A stretch of DNA of 43,166 nt from an uncultured ANME-1 euryarchaeote (lineage in GTDB: Archaea > Halobacteriota > Syntropharchaeia > Alkanophagales > Methanospirareceae): the NCBI GenBank assembly GCA_965195275.1, contig CBDAFQ010000159.1, forward strand, positions 1-43,166, in the 5' to 3' direction. Numbering within the stretch: the first letter of the stretch is position 1; each line of letters starts with the position of its first letter. Shown here one piece after another: positions 17,803-27,496 of this stretch. Under the pieces are notes generated by a model. That model saw only the letters and a list, made by a program, of their open reading frames with translations, was not told where the DNA came from and did not search any database. Both the position numbers and the translations under genes were made by a program.

Positions 17803-18186
17803 ATGGCTATCATTAGCATTTCATTAAATGATAAACTGTTAACTGAGATTGATCAGCTTCAGAAAGAACTCGGGTTCTCTGGGCGGTCAGAAGTGATACG
17901 GGCAGGAGCGAGGATGCTCCTTGCTGATAACAAGGATAAGGAAAAACTAGATGGATGGTTGAATTCCGTTCTTTTGCTCATCCACTCCCAGAAGGTGGAA
18001 GATACGGTAACAGCGATAAAACATGAGTTTGAGGATATTATAAGTACGCAGATACATAACCACTTACGGGAGGACAAATGCATCGAAGTATTCATATTAG
18101 AGGGAGACGCAGCTCGAATAAATGACTTGGTCAGGTTATTCCAGACAACCAGAAAAATGGATTATGTCAAGTTGATCGTGGCATAA
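17803..18186 (+). CDS. nikR: nickel-responsive transcriptional regulator NikR (ribbon-helix-helix plus ACT-like Ni-binding domain)
   Basis: RHH N-terminus ([16 protein letters not shown]...[14 protein letters not shown]). The C-domain has the H-x10-H-x-H-x5-C spacing ([21 protein letters not shown]), identical to the high-affinity Ni site H76/H87/H89/C95 of E. coli NikR. Confidence 0.8.
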   Translation: MAIISISLNDKLLTEIDQLQKELGFSGRSEVIRAGARMLLADNKDKEKLDGWLNSVLLLIHSQKVEDTVTAIKHEFEDIISTQIHNHLREDKCIEVFILEGDAARINDLVRLFQTTRKMDYVKLIVA

Positions 18187-18315
18187 CTTGAACATTGATA
18201 CAAAACTCGCGAGAGCTTCCATCAATTTCCCTTTCTTCTTCGCTTTTGAGTGACCACCCTCTGCCATCATGACATCCACTCTTATTTGCGCATCTAATTC
18301 CCGCTAATCCTCTTA

Positions 18316-19005
18316 CTACACGTGAACATACTCAGTAGGGTCTTCTACACCCGCATCTTTGAAGCCTCTACGCCGATGTTGACATGACTCGCAAATACCA
18401 CAATGCTTCTTCTCACCGAGATAACAGGAATAAGACAATTGTAAAGGTGCTTTTACATCTACCCCTTTCTTTATTATCTCCGGTTTCAGCAAATCCACTA
18501 AAGGCGCTTTTACCGTTGGTGGCTGGCAATAAGAAGCTACCGCTTTCTCCAATACCGCATTATACCTGTCAACAAATTCCTTCTCGTTATCGGGATATGC
18601 CCTTGCCTCTTCGGCATTGAACCCAACGAAGATAGCATCTGCGGAAATAACTTCTGCAAAAGCACTTGCATTTGCTAAAAGGATTATATTCCGGCATGGT
18701 ACCCAAGTAGATGGCGTCTCTTTCTCTTCATCCAAATTCACTTCTTTACCTACCGGAACACTTCTCGCTTTGGCTGTCAACGAGGACCCGCCAAGCTCCT
18801 TCAAAAACGGTAGTTTCGTGAACTTCAACTCATTCGCATTTAAATAGGCTGCTATTTCCGCTACCGCTTCTTTCTCCCGTGCCTCCGCTCTCTGTCCGTA
18901 AGACGCATGGAAGAGGTGCAACTCGTAGCCTTCTTCTGAGGCTATTGTAGCAGTAACTGTGGAGTCTATTCCGCCAGAACATACGCAAACAGCAATTTTG
19001 GTCAT
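18316..19005 (-). CDS. queC: 7-cyano-7-deazaguanine synthase QueC (archaeosine/queuosine precursor pathway)
   Basis: PP-loop CSGGIDSTV and C-terminal Zn-Cys cluster CYLGEKKHCGICESCQHRRRGF. Confidence 0.85.
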   Translation of the reverse strand: MTKIAVCVCSGGIDSTVTATIASEEGYELHLFHASYGQRAEAREKEAVAEIAAYLNANELKFTKLPFLKELGGSSLTAKARSVPVGKEVNLDEEKETPSTWVPCRNIILLANASAFAEVISADAIFVGFNAEEARAYPDNEKEFVDRYNAVLEKAVASYCQPPTVKAPLVDLLKPEIIKKGVDVKAPLQLSYSCYLGEKKHCGICESCQHRRRGFKDAGVEDPTEYVHV

Positions 19006-19154
19006 TTTGGGTGATTTACAATTAGATTATGCTATTAAAAAGGGTACTGCTAGATATACCCGGACACCCCAACACTTCCACTAGAACTATCATCCTTGTA
19101 TGTCGCGAGCGCCCCTTATAGTAATTATGAATACAATCCCATTGTTAGCTATAA

Positions 19155-20399
19155 ATGAATATGATAAAAACACAAATCCCCTACGGCTCGAAGCTGATAG
19201 ACATCGAGATTGAAGGAGAACTATTAGACCCTATCGACAAAAGTGCTGGAAAAAACAAGAGCTATGATGTGATAAAACACGCACTACAAAATCCTATTGG
19301 TACAAAACGGCTACGAGAGATAGTAAATACGCAAAAAGATGCGGCGATTGTAATTGTCGTGGACGACCACACGAGGGACGCACCTACCGAGAAGATGCTT
19401 GATGTTTTAATTGAAGAGATCGGACATACAGACCAGATCACCGTGCTCGTGGCTTGCGGTACACACACCCCACCAACAGAGGAAGATTTAAAAAGAATAC
19501 TTGGTAAACATCTTTCTCGCTTTGATGTGGAGATCCATAATTGCGATGCGCAAGATCTGGTATACGCAGGTACGACAAGTAGAGGGACGCCCGTGAGTTT
19601 AAACAGGACATATGTGGACGCAGATATAAAAATTCTAACAGGCGATATAACTTTGCATTACTATGCCGGATTTGGAGGCGGAAGAAAGAGCATACTCCCT
19701 GGTATATCTTCACGCGAGTCGATAAAAAGGAACCATGCTCTCCTCGTTGATGAACACGCTAAAATAGCTAATACTGAAAATAATCCAGTACATTTAGACA
19801 TGTGTGAAGCAGCGTCATATGCTCCACCTGATTTTGTGCTAAATGCAGTCGCCGACGCATCGAGAAATTTGATAGAAGCTTACGCAGGAGAGTTAAACGC
19901 AGTGTTTCTTAAAGGTGTTGACGTGGCTAAGGACCTGTACCTACGTAAAACCACTAATTTATTTGACGTTCTTTTGGTTAGTGCCGGTGGATTCCCAAAA
20001 GATAGGAACCTGTACCAGGCCACAAAGGCTATTGAAAATTGCTTTCGGGTAATAGTCCCGGGTGGGAAACTGATTTTAGTAGCAGAAAGCCGCGAGGGAA
20101 TAGGTGACCAATATTTTGAAGAGTGGATGAACAAATATGCAAGCTATGAAGAAGTAGAAGAGGCAATAAAAGCGAACTTTGTACTTGGAGGACATAAGGC
20201 ATATTATATAAGAAGAGTAATGAAGTACTTACAACTGTCTCTTGTATCAAATCTCGATAGACAAACGATAAAGAGATGGGGAATAAATGCATATACGTCT
20301 GTATCGGATGCAGTTAAAGAAGAAATAAATATAAACGATAAGATTAAAGTGGGTATAGTCAAAGATGGTAAGGATACTTTAATAGTTCCTGCACTATAA
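19155..20399 (+). CDS. larA: LarA-family nickel-pincer-cofactor-dependent racemase/epimerase (DUF2088)
   Basis: 414 aa. Motif HYYAGFGGGRKSILPG plus a conserved His-containing N-domain (VVDDHTRD, ACGTHTP). Confidence 0.7.
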   Translation: MNMIKTQIPYGSKLIDIEIEGELLDPIDKSAGKNKSYDVIKHALQNPIGTKRLREIVNTQKDAAIVIVVDDHTRDAPTEKMLDVLIEEIGHTDQITVLVACGTHTPPTEEDLKRILGKHLSRFDVEIHNCDAQDLVYAGTTSRGTPVSLNRTYVDADIKILTGDITLHYYAGFGGGRKSILPGISSRESIKRNHALLVDEHAKIANTENNPVHLDMCEAASYAPPDFVLNAVADASRNLIEAYAGELNAVFLKGVDVAKDLYLRKTTNLFDVLLVSAGGFPKDRNLYQATKAIENCFRVIVPGGKLILVAESREGIGDQYFEEWMNKYASYEEVEEAIKANFVLGGHKAYYIRRVMKYLQLSLVSNLDRQTIKRWGINAYTSVSDAVKEEININDKIKVGIVKDGKDTLIVPAL

Positions 20400-20411
20400 G
20401 GAGTAAGTAGC

Positions 20412-20846
20412 ATGGTTAATCTAGCAAAACAGAAGAGGATAGCAGCGGAGGTGATGAAGGTTGGACTAGGGCGAGTATGGATCGACCCAGAAGCAACAGG
20501 GGATGTAGCTGAGGCTATTACGCGGGAAGATATTCGAGGCTTAGTAGAAGAAGGCCTCATAAAAAAGAAGCAGAAGAAAGGTGTTAGTAGAGGTAGAGCA
20601 AGGGAAGTAGCGATTAAAAAAGCTCTTGGACGCAGAAAAGGTCATGGCTCCAGGAAAGGTGCAAAAGGAGCGAGAAGAGGAAAGAAGAAAGTGTGGATAA
20701 CAAAAATACGGGCTTTACGAAGACAATTAAAAGAGCTTCGAGATGAAGGGAAGATAGACAAAACAACGTATCGTAGGTTATATCTTAAAGCTAAAGGAGG
20801 CGAATTCAAAAGTATAGCTCACTTAAATGAATTCATAAAAGTGTAA
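20412..20846 (+). CDS. rpl19e: 50S ribosomal protein L19e
   Basis: [27 protein letters not shown] and a Lys/Arg-rich body. Starts 12 nt after larA. Confidence 0.9.
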   Translation: MVNLAKQKRIAAEVMKVGLGRVWIDPEATGDVAEAITREDIRGLVEEGLIKKKQKKGVSRGRAREVAIKKALGRRKGHGSRKGAKGARRGKKKVWITKIRALRRQLKELRDEGKIDKTTYRRLYLKAKGGEFKSIAHLNEFIKV

Positions 20847-20902
20847 TGTGTAGAAGTAAAATTATATTAACGAAGTTTAATGTAAAAAAGGAAAGATAAA
20901 AG

Positions 20903-21433
20903 ATGGCAAAAGGTCCAACATATCGGGTTCCGTTTCGAAGGAGGCGGGAGGGTAAAACAGACTATCGGAGAAGATTGAAATTGTTATTTAGTAGAAAGCC
21001 ACGCGTTGTAGTAAGAAAGAGTAATAAGCACATGAGGATGCAATTAGTATTGTTTGATCAAGCAGGCGATAAAACTTTTGTTTCTTCTACATCTTCAGAA
21101 TTAAAGAGATTTGGCTATGAAGGTGGAACAGGTAACATACCTGCAGCCTATCTTACCGGGCTATTATTCGGTAAGAAAGCTAAAGAAGCAGGTTTTGATG
21201 TTGCCATCCTTGATACAGGGCTACAAACACCTAACCATTGTTCTAAAGAATATGCAGCATTAAAAGGAGTTGTTAATTCCGGGATGAAGATACCGCACGA
21301 TCCCGCAGTTTTCCCATCGGATGAACGTGTTAGGGGAGAACATATAGCTAATTTTAAACAAGATACTTCTATTGTAGATAATTTTGAAGTGGTGAAAAAA
21401 GGGATATTAGCTAAGAGTGGAGAGGATATTTAA
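20903..21433 (+). CDS. rpl18: 50S ribosomal protein L18 (uL18)
   Basis: GPTYRVPFRRRREGKTDYRRRLKLL N-terminus typical of archaeal uL18. Confidence 0.9.
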   Translation: MAKGPTYRVPFRRRREGKTDYRRRLKLLFSRKPRVVVRKSNKHMRMQLVLFDQAGDKTFVSSTSSELKRFGYEGGTGNIPAAYLTGLLFGKKAKEAGFDVAILDTGLQTPNHCSKEYAALKGVVNSGMKIPHDPAVFPSDERVRGEHIANFKQDTSIVDNFEVVKKGILAKSGEDI

Positions 21434-21453
21434 AAGGAAAAAGACAAGAGAAG

Positions 21454-22101
21454 ATGAGTAGAGAATCAAAAAAAGGATCTAGAAAGGAGTCCTGGAAAAC
21501 GGAAGAAAAGTGGACACCAGTAACAAGGCTGGGCGTATTAGTGCAAAATGGAGAAATAAGAAGTATAGAAGAAGCTCTCAAATCTAGGTATCCTTTGAAA
21601 GAGTACCAAATTGTTGATGCTCTACTTCCGGATCTTAGTGAAGAGGTCTTAGATATAAATCTTGTACAAAGGATGACTGATTCCGGAAGGCGAGTGAAGT
21701 TTAGAGTTTGCGTAATAGTAGGAGACAAAGAGGGTTATTTGGGTATAGGCTTAGGTAAAGATGCTCTTGTCCGCAGCGGTATTGAGAAAGCGGTAAGAGT
21801 TGCAAAAACTAATATCACTTATATTGAACGTGGATGTGGTTCTTGGGAATGTGACTGTAAAGATAAGCATTCGATTCCATTTAAGGTTATTGGTAAATCA
21901 GGCAGTGTAGAAATAACGTTAAAACCTGCGCCAAAAGGTATCGGTCTCGCGGCTGGCGATGTACCTAAGCGCGTCTCAGAGTTTGCTGGTGTTAACGATA
22001 TATGGGCCAAAACAAGAGGTAAGACAAGAACCACATTTAACCTTGCTATGGCGACATACAACGCTTTGAGGAATACGGCATTAGTTAAAACAATGAATTA
22101 A
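21454..22101 (+). CDS. rps5: 30S ribosomal protein S5 (uS5)
   Basis: [11 protein letters not shown]...[23 protein letters not shown], the uS5 dsRBD plus C-domain pattern. Confidence 0.9.
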   Translation: MSRESKKGSRKESWKTEEKWTPVTRLGVLVQNGEIRSIEEALKSRYPLKEYQIVDALLPDLSEEVLDINLVQRMTDSGRRVKFRVCVIVGDKEGYLGIGLGKDALVRSGIEKAVRVAKTNITYIERGCGSWECDCKDKHSIPFKVIGKSGSVEITLKPAPKGIGLAAGDVPKRVSEFAGVNDIWAKTRGKTRTTFNLAMATYNALRNTALVKTMN

Positions 22102-22118
22102 TTGATGGAGGAATAAAA

Positions 22119-22586
22119 ATGCAAGCAATAGTAAAACTTAGAGGAAAAGTAGGTGTGAGACCAGAGATAAAATATACGTTGAATCTTTTACGGTTACATC
22201 GGGTAAACCACTGTGTAGCAGTTGATGATAACGTGTATTACAAAGGGATGATACAGAAGGTAAAAGATTACGTAGCGTGGGGTGAGATTTCAGAGGATAT
22301 GTTAGAGGTTTTATTGGAAGGAAGAGGCAGGTTAGAAGGGGGAAAGAGATTAACAGAAGAGTACTTGAAGGAGAATACACCTTTTAGCACGATAAAAGAA
22401 CTAGCTCATCTATTGTACGAAGGTAAAGTGAACATGAAAGACTTAAAAGAATACCAAATCAAACCTGTTTTCCGACTTCACCCGCCAAGAAAAGGGCACA
22501 AGGGTATAAAACGGAGCGTTAAACAAGGTGGAGAATTGGGCTATCACGGCGATAAAATAAATGAGTTGCTATATAAAATGCGATGA
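22119..22586 (+). CDS. rpl30: 50S ribosomal protein L30 (uL30)
   Basis: [34 protein letters not shown] Shine-Dalgarno sequence upstream. Confidence 0.9.
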   Translation: MQAIVKLRGKVGVRPEIKYTLNLLRLHRVNHCVAVDDNVYYKGMIQKVKDYVAWGEISEDMLEVLLEGRGRLEGGKRLTEEYLKENTPFSTIKELAHLLYEGKVNMKDLKEYQIKPVFRLHPPRKGHKGIKRSVKQGGELGYHGDKINELLYKMR

Positions 22587-22644
22587 GTGATTTTATTTGA
22601 TAATTACCGTTGATTAGGAACTCATAACGGAATCTAATCTTAAA

Positions 22645-23337
22645 ATGATGACTTTGAAGAAAGAGCCTTGGAAAGAATGGAAACATATTACCAAGCTTGA
22701 CCCTGACAAACAAATCACAGAAGCAGCGTTGGAGATTATTGTAGAAAGTGGAACAGATGCTATAATGATTTCTGGCACTCAAAACATTACCGATAAAAAT
22801 GTGTCACAATTGACAACTCTCCTTAAAGACTATAAAATACCGAAAATATTAGAACCTGCAACTCCTGATGCGGTCGTTTACGAAGGTATAGATTATATCT
22901 TCGTGCCTTTAGTGCTTAATTCAATGGATTTGGAGTGGATCATAGGAAAGCATATAGAATGGATAAAAACTCACGAGATAAAATGGGATAGTATTATTCC
23001 TGAAGGGTATATCGTTTTGAACCCAGAATCTGCAGTAGCGAAACTGACTAATTCTGTTACCAACTTAACTACTGAAGAAGTCAAAGCTTACGCAGAATAT
23101 GCAGAGAAGTATCTTCATCTTCCTATCATATATATAGAATATAGTGGGACATATGGAAACTCAAACATCGTAAAGGCATTAAGTGAATCAATAACCGAAG
23201 CATCACTGTTCTACGGTGGTGGAATAGACACAAAGGTAAAGGCTATAGAGATGAAGAGCTATGCGGATGTTATTATAGTAGGAAATGTGGTGTACACAGA
23301 CGAGGAGAATTTTCTTGATACAGTTCCCGTTTTGTGA
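22645..23337 (+). CDS. geranylgeranylglyceryl phosphate synthase (GGGPS, PcrB family)
   Basis: WKHITKLDPDK N-terminal motif, TIM-barrel-like GGGI...IIVGN C-terminal phosphate-binding pattern. Confidence 0.8.
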   Translation: MMTLKKEPWKEWKHITKLDPDKQITEAALEIIVESGTDAIMISGTQNITDKNVSQLTTLLKDYKIPKILEPATPDAVVYEGIDYIFVPLVLNSMDLEWIIGKHIEWIKTHEIKWDSIIPEGYIVLNPESAVAKLTNSVTNLTTEEVKAYAEYAEKYLHLPIIYIEYSGTYGNSNIVKALSESITEASLFYGGGIDTKVKAIEMKSYADVIIVGNVVYTDEENFLDTVPVL

Positions 23338-23396
23338 TTAAGATTACAAAGCCGCGAAGACTTATTTGGAGTGGAAATGGTGGCGTGTGTGTCGTA

Positions 23397-24290
23397 TCAA
23401 AATAAAGCTCCCGTTACGGCTTCTGACTTTATCTTCAGTAGGTAGCCTGCATACAGTGATTTCTTTATCTCACAAATCTCTGATAGTTTCTTATTTCCTA
23501 TCTCTATCTCTTTTATCTTCTCTATATCCTCCACTTCTATCTTTACTCGTAAACCATCCAGTTGTATAACATTAGGCAATTCCTCTCCTGTTTTAGGCAG
23601 GATAGTCTTCTCTATCATATCTTTTATGAACAAAGGAGAAGCAGCTATTGGATCCTCCTCTATATCTAACCTCTTCTCAGCTAAAGCTCTTTCTAACTCC
23701 GAAGCTACATCATATAGTCGATCTATCTCATCTTTATTTCTCATTCTAGCAGTCTTCCGCCCTACACCACCTACATAGTGCTCTAATTCCATGTCCGATG
23801 GACCTCCTACTATTATATAGGGTATGTCAATGCTATTGCATAATTTCACTTTCTCTTCTATGCACTCTTCAAAAGTACCAAAAATAAACACTGCCGCATC
23901 AAATTCATCTATTATCTGCTTCTCTTGTGTTGTCATCTGGGCTATCCTCCTCCCAACGCCCCGGGCCAGCCCCATCATATTAGTAATCGCACCACTTCTA
24001 CGCAGAAATTCTGCTATATCACACATTGGATCGACAGCGTGATGCTTTCCAAGAGAAGGAACAACTATTATTATCTCAGTTCCAGCCAGAGGCAACTCCT
24101 TGTACTTCCCACCGAGTTCCTTTATCTTATTCCTTATTTCTCGCTCATCCTCTTCGGGGAATGCTAAATGCATCATTGTCTCGGTCTGCATAACAGATTC
24201 TTGCAATATAAACCCGCCTAAATCCCCTACTAACTCTTTCAACTCGTAAAACTTATACACTCCCCCTTCAAACATCATTATCTTATACAT
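23397..24290 (-). CDS. mmp7: methanogenesis marker protein 7 (McrC-like, MCR activation complex component)
   Basis: 297 aa. McrC-like core IIIVVPSLGKHHAVDPMCDIAEFLRRSGA. Size and position after the mmp17-like gene fit. The call rests on size, order and motif only. Confidence 0.6.
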   Translation of the reverse strand: MYKIMMFEGGVYKFYELKELVGDLGGFILQESVMQTETMMHLAFPEEDEREIRNKIKELGGKYKELPLAGTEIIIVVPSLGKHHAVDPMCDIAEFLRRSGAITNMMGLARGVGRRIAQMTTQEKQIIDEFDAAVFIFGTFEECIEEKVKLCNSIDIPYIIVGGPSDMELEHYVGGVGRKTARMRNKDEIDRLYDVASELERALAEKRLDIEEDPIAASPLFIKDMIEKTILPKTGEELPNVIQLDGLRVKIEVEDIEKIKEIEIGNKKLSEICEIKKSLYAGYLLKIKSEAVTGALF

Positions 24291-24828
24291 ACTCTCTCAC
24301 CATCTCTCCCACTTTATTCTTCTGTTCTTCACTTATCGGATTTTCTGAAGCTATAATAACAACGGAATTGGTAGAATGCATAGGCGACCGAACTCTTGCA
24401 CCTTCTGGTATTATAGTATCTAAAGCATACAATATTCGTGTTACTAAATCATCTTTCGGATCATAAAGTACCAAATCTAAGAGTTCCTTTATTTCATTAT
24501 CCTCTAATTTTAACAATAGCTCCAATCTACCTACTTGCTCAACTTTTTCTCCGTATTTATCCCAAAATAAGGCAAGTAATTTAGGCGCATATCTCTCTGT
24601 TGTAATCTGTAACTTTTTTCCTTCCCGGAGCGTTATGTCCCATACCGTAACAGGTTTTGACACACGCCCTATCTTAACAGCGATAATAAAAACGAACTCC
24701 TTCGGGTTGCAATGCATATAAACATGGTCTATATTACTTCTTAGCCCGGCATCTCGAAAAGTATCCTGACAGATCTTCGTGTATGATCCATTTGCAAAAT
24801 CACTCACCCCTTCTACTTTTACCTCCAT
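24283..24828 (-). CDS. mmp17: methanogenesis marker protein 17 (tentative)
   Basis: 181 aa. Overlaps the downstream gene by 8 nt. Lies between the mmp3-like and mmp7-like genes, matching the known size and order of this conserved cluster. Confidence 0.5.
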   Translation of the reverse strand: MEVKVEGVSDFANGSYTKICQDTFRDAGLRSNIDHVYMHCNPKEFVFIIAVKIGRVSKPVTVWDITLREGKKLQITTERYAPKLLALFWDKYGEKVEQVGRLELLLKLEDNEIKELLDLVLYDPKDDLVTRILYALDTIIPEGARVRSPMHSTNSVVIIASENPISEEQKNKVGEMVREYV

Positions 24829-24886
24829 CTCAACCTCCTTCTCCCTTATTATCTTTATTTTATAAAGGGAACATAAATTTAGTAAC

Positions 24887-26359
24887 TTATATATCCCTTT
24901 TTTGCTTTTTTATCCTCTGGCCCGAGACGCACCCACTGCCTTGGGTGCCACCTATGGGATTTCCAGGGCTTCCAAATTGGTGCATACATCTTCCAAGAAC
25001 CGCGGCACCCCTCCCAAGTGCATCATCTGCGAATATCACCTCATTGTCCATATTCCTACCATATAGGTCACTCAACTTCTCCAGTATTAACTCTGGCTTC
25101 CTCCCGGTAATACCCGCCCTACCGGTGATTCCTATTTTCGTATCGGGTAATAATATCCCTTCCTCTTTTGCTATCCCCACTAACTCTTCAACGACACATG
25201 CCGCCACCTCGTCTATTACTGCCATAACATAGCCCATGCTCTCTTCACGATGTACATCTGTGCCTATCTCTGCTATCTTAGGCAGGTCTGAAAGGTTATC
25301 TCCAGCATCTACGCCTATCAGCGTGACACCACTTTTTCTCCCCGCATCCACATTTACCGGTGACCCGCCAAAAAGTGTTCCGGACCCAATTTTCTCTATT
25401 CTCAAAAGTTTCATAACATCTTCTGCATAACTTTTCACCACGTCTTTCTTTACTTTTCGCTTTAAGTTACCCTGTGAGCAATCAAGTACAGAAGGATATT
25501 TCTCGCTTACAATATGCGAAATAAAAGCATCGGAGATTGCCCCTGCCAGACCACAGAAACTACCAGTAACTTTTGAATACGGCACTTGGTCATCGGTCAC
25601 ACGACCAGAGAGTGTAGTCCCAAAATCCAATGATAGAACGGGATTTCGATAGTCAACATCGAGCCATTTCGCGGCTTCTTTAAGACCCGCAGTTACAAGC
25701 TCGCCCTCCATCTCATTCGCTACTAAGGACTCGCCCGCAGGTGCTTCGTTACTGGTCACCGCGCCGTTGAAATATGTCTTCTCCATCCGTGAAAACTTCC
25801 TCAGGTCGGGATGGATGTCATTTACTGTCATAGGCGAGATCATCTTCCGCGGTGGGACCCCGGCTGCCATGCAGCCATTAGCCAGAGCTTTTATTACGCC
25901 CTGCATCTCATCTATTGATGAAAACCCCGCTGTTACTCCTGAGGACCGTACCACGAAATGTAAATCAGGAATTGTTATCCCAGCAGCACTTGAACATTCT
26001 TGTAGCGTCTTAGCCACTAACTTTGCGATAGAATCTTCAGAGAGTTCGACCATTGTTATAGTATGACAAAATGCAGAATCATGCGCTAATGCTTCTCGTG
26101 TCATCCTAACAGCTTTATCCAAGATATATGTCTTCCCGCTTTTCAGGTCGGTCGCACTCAATATAGTTTTAGTGGTGCTATTGCCAAGCTCAACACTAGC
26201 CACGATGAAGATAGGCTTTAACGTGAGATCGCCTCTTGAAAGGCGTAATATGAAAAACAAATCACTATAACTAACCTTCTGCGTCTTTAGCAGTTTCGGA
26301 TGATGCTTTTTAAATAGCCCCATTGTCTCATTACTCCTGATAACGCACACTCTAAACAC
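24887..26359 (-). CDS. mmp3: methanogenesis marker protein 3 (UPF0288 family); true start probably downstream of 26359
   Basis: About 430 aa of conserved-looking sequence begins at IVASVELGNSTTKTIL. The first 55-60 aa of the tracked ORF look non-genuine; a GTG within IVAS (around 26203) or the Met at 26323 are alternative starts. Confidence 0.6.
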   Translation of the reverse strand: MFRVCVIRSNETMGLFKKHHPKLLKTQKVSYSDLFFILRLSRGDLTLKPIFIVASVELGNSTTKTILSATDLKSGKTYILDKAVRMTREALAHDSAFCHTITMVELSEDSIAKLVAKTLQECSSAAGITIPDLHFVVRSSGVTAGFSSIDEMQGVIKALANGCMAAGVPPRKMISPMTVNDIHPDLRKFSRMEKTYFNGAVTSNEAPAGESLVANEMEGELVTAGLKEAAKWLDVDYRNPVLSLDFGTTLSGRVTDDQVPYSKVTGSFCGLAGAISDAFISHIVSEKYPSVLDCSQGNLKRKVKKDVVKSYAEDVMKLLRIEKIGSGTLFGGSPVNVDAGRKSGVTLIGVDAGDNLSDLPKIAEIGTDVHREESMGYVMAVIDEVAACVVEELVGIAKEEGILLPDTKIGITGRAGITGRKPELILEKLSDLYGRNMDNEVIFADDALGRGAAVLGRCMHQFGSPGNPIGGTQGSGCVSGQRIKKQKRDI

Positions 26360-26475
26360 GTTATCTCATTTAATCTATTAATTAGTTCCTCTTAAACGTA
26401 TCTTATTATCTTTAGGGGATATATTAAATTAAAAATAGAAAAGCTTTTATAGTACTAACAACTCTAAGCTATTTC

Positions 26476-27492
26476 ATGGAACCAATAATAATGTTGTTTG
26501 CATGGATGCTATTGATAGTTTTTTTAGCGTTGATAGCATGTATGTTCGAGGATTTGGAGTCTGACATAGGATCGCAGAGCAATCCGAATTCGCAAGTGCA
26601 ACTGGCAGCGCAGATAGGACAAGTGAACAGGTTCTTCAACAAAGCGATTTCCGGTGAGGCACCGTCATATGCCTTGTACTGTACCATCGCGGGAGTAGTA
26701 GCCTATGTGCTTTTATTAAAGGATGTAAATCCACTATTGGCGATACCAATAGGGGCACTAGCAGGCGAAGCAATTCACGTGATATTTTCAGTCACAGCAC
26801 ATGTCGGTAGAACGGCGGGACAGAAGCGATTTGAGCAACCGATTTATCTAGACGTCTTATACGGGCATCTGCTGCCCATAGCGACGCATGGATTTATGGC
26901 GACTTTGTGTATTACCGCCATAGCGTACATACAGTGCAATCTAGGGACTCTTTCGGGGATGCCAGCGTTGAACCATCCTTTCGCTCTACCACTGCTCGCA
27001 TTCATATGGGGCATTACAGTCGGAGCAATAGGATCGTCTACCGGAGATATCCATTACGGAGCTGAGAGGGAGTTCCAGGATAGACCTTTCGGAGAGGGCA
27101 AGCGGGTAGTGTACCACGGTAAAATAACGCGATATGCAGGCTGCGGAGTGAGGACACAAAAGGACATAGCGTACTTCTGTGCTAAATACGGAGGACCTAT
27201 TACGGGCTTGACATTTGGCCTCATCATCCTGTTCGAGAGTTGGAGGTCTCTTATAGGAATGATGCTCGGCGGTTATTTACCGCTACAAGAGGCAATGGCT
27301 AGTGACACTCTCTTGGGAACGGTAGCACGTGTCGCGACAGAGTTAATACCGGCCATACCAGCGGCGATAGGGGATTTGACAGCGATAATAGGTATCGTAG
27401 TGGGACTAGCGATAGGAATAGTACTGATAGTGGGAAACGTAGTGATAGTGAAATGGGCCAGAAAGAGATATGGGCCTTTTGTAGGAGAATAG
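26476..27492 (+). CDS. mtrE: tetrahydromethanopterin S-methyltransferase subunit E
   Basis: FEDLESDIGSQSNPNSQVQLAAQ signature near the N-terminus, polytopic membrane protein. About 35 aa longer at the C-terminus than I expect for MtrE. Confidence 0.9.
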   Translation: MEPIIMLFAWMLLIVFLALIACMFEDLESDIGSQSNPNSQVQLAAQIGQVNRFFNKAISGEAPSYALYCTIAGVVAYVLLLKDVNPLLAIPIGALAGEAIHVIFSVTAHVGRTAGQKRFEQPIYLDVLYGHLLPIATHGFMATLCITAIAYIQCNLGTLSGMPALNHPFALPLLAFIWGITVGAIGSSTGDIHYGAEREFQDRPFGEGKRVVYHGKITRYAGCGVRTQKDIAYFCAKYGGPITGLTFGLIILFESWRSLIGMMLGGYLPLQEAMASDTLLGTVARVATELIPAIPAAIGDLTAIIGIVVGLAIGIVLIVGNVVIVKWARKRYGPFVGE

Positions 27493-27496
27493 AAAA

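Noticed and set aside
18316-19005. The PP-loop protein as LarE (nickel-pincer cofactor sulfur transferase), given its position next to larA and nikR.
   Set aside because: Its length (229 aa) and the C-terminal CGxCxSCxxRxxGF zinc motif are QueC hallmarks, so the LarE idea is not supported.
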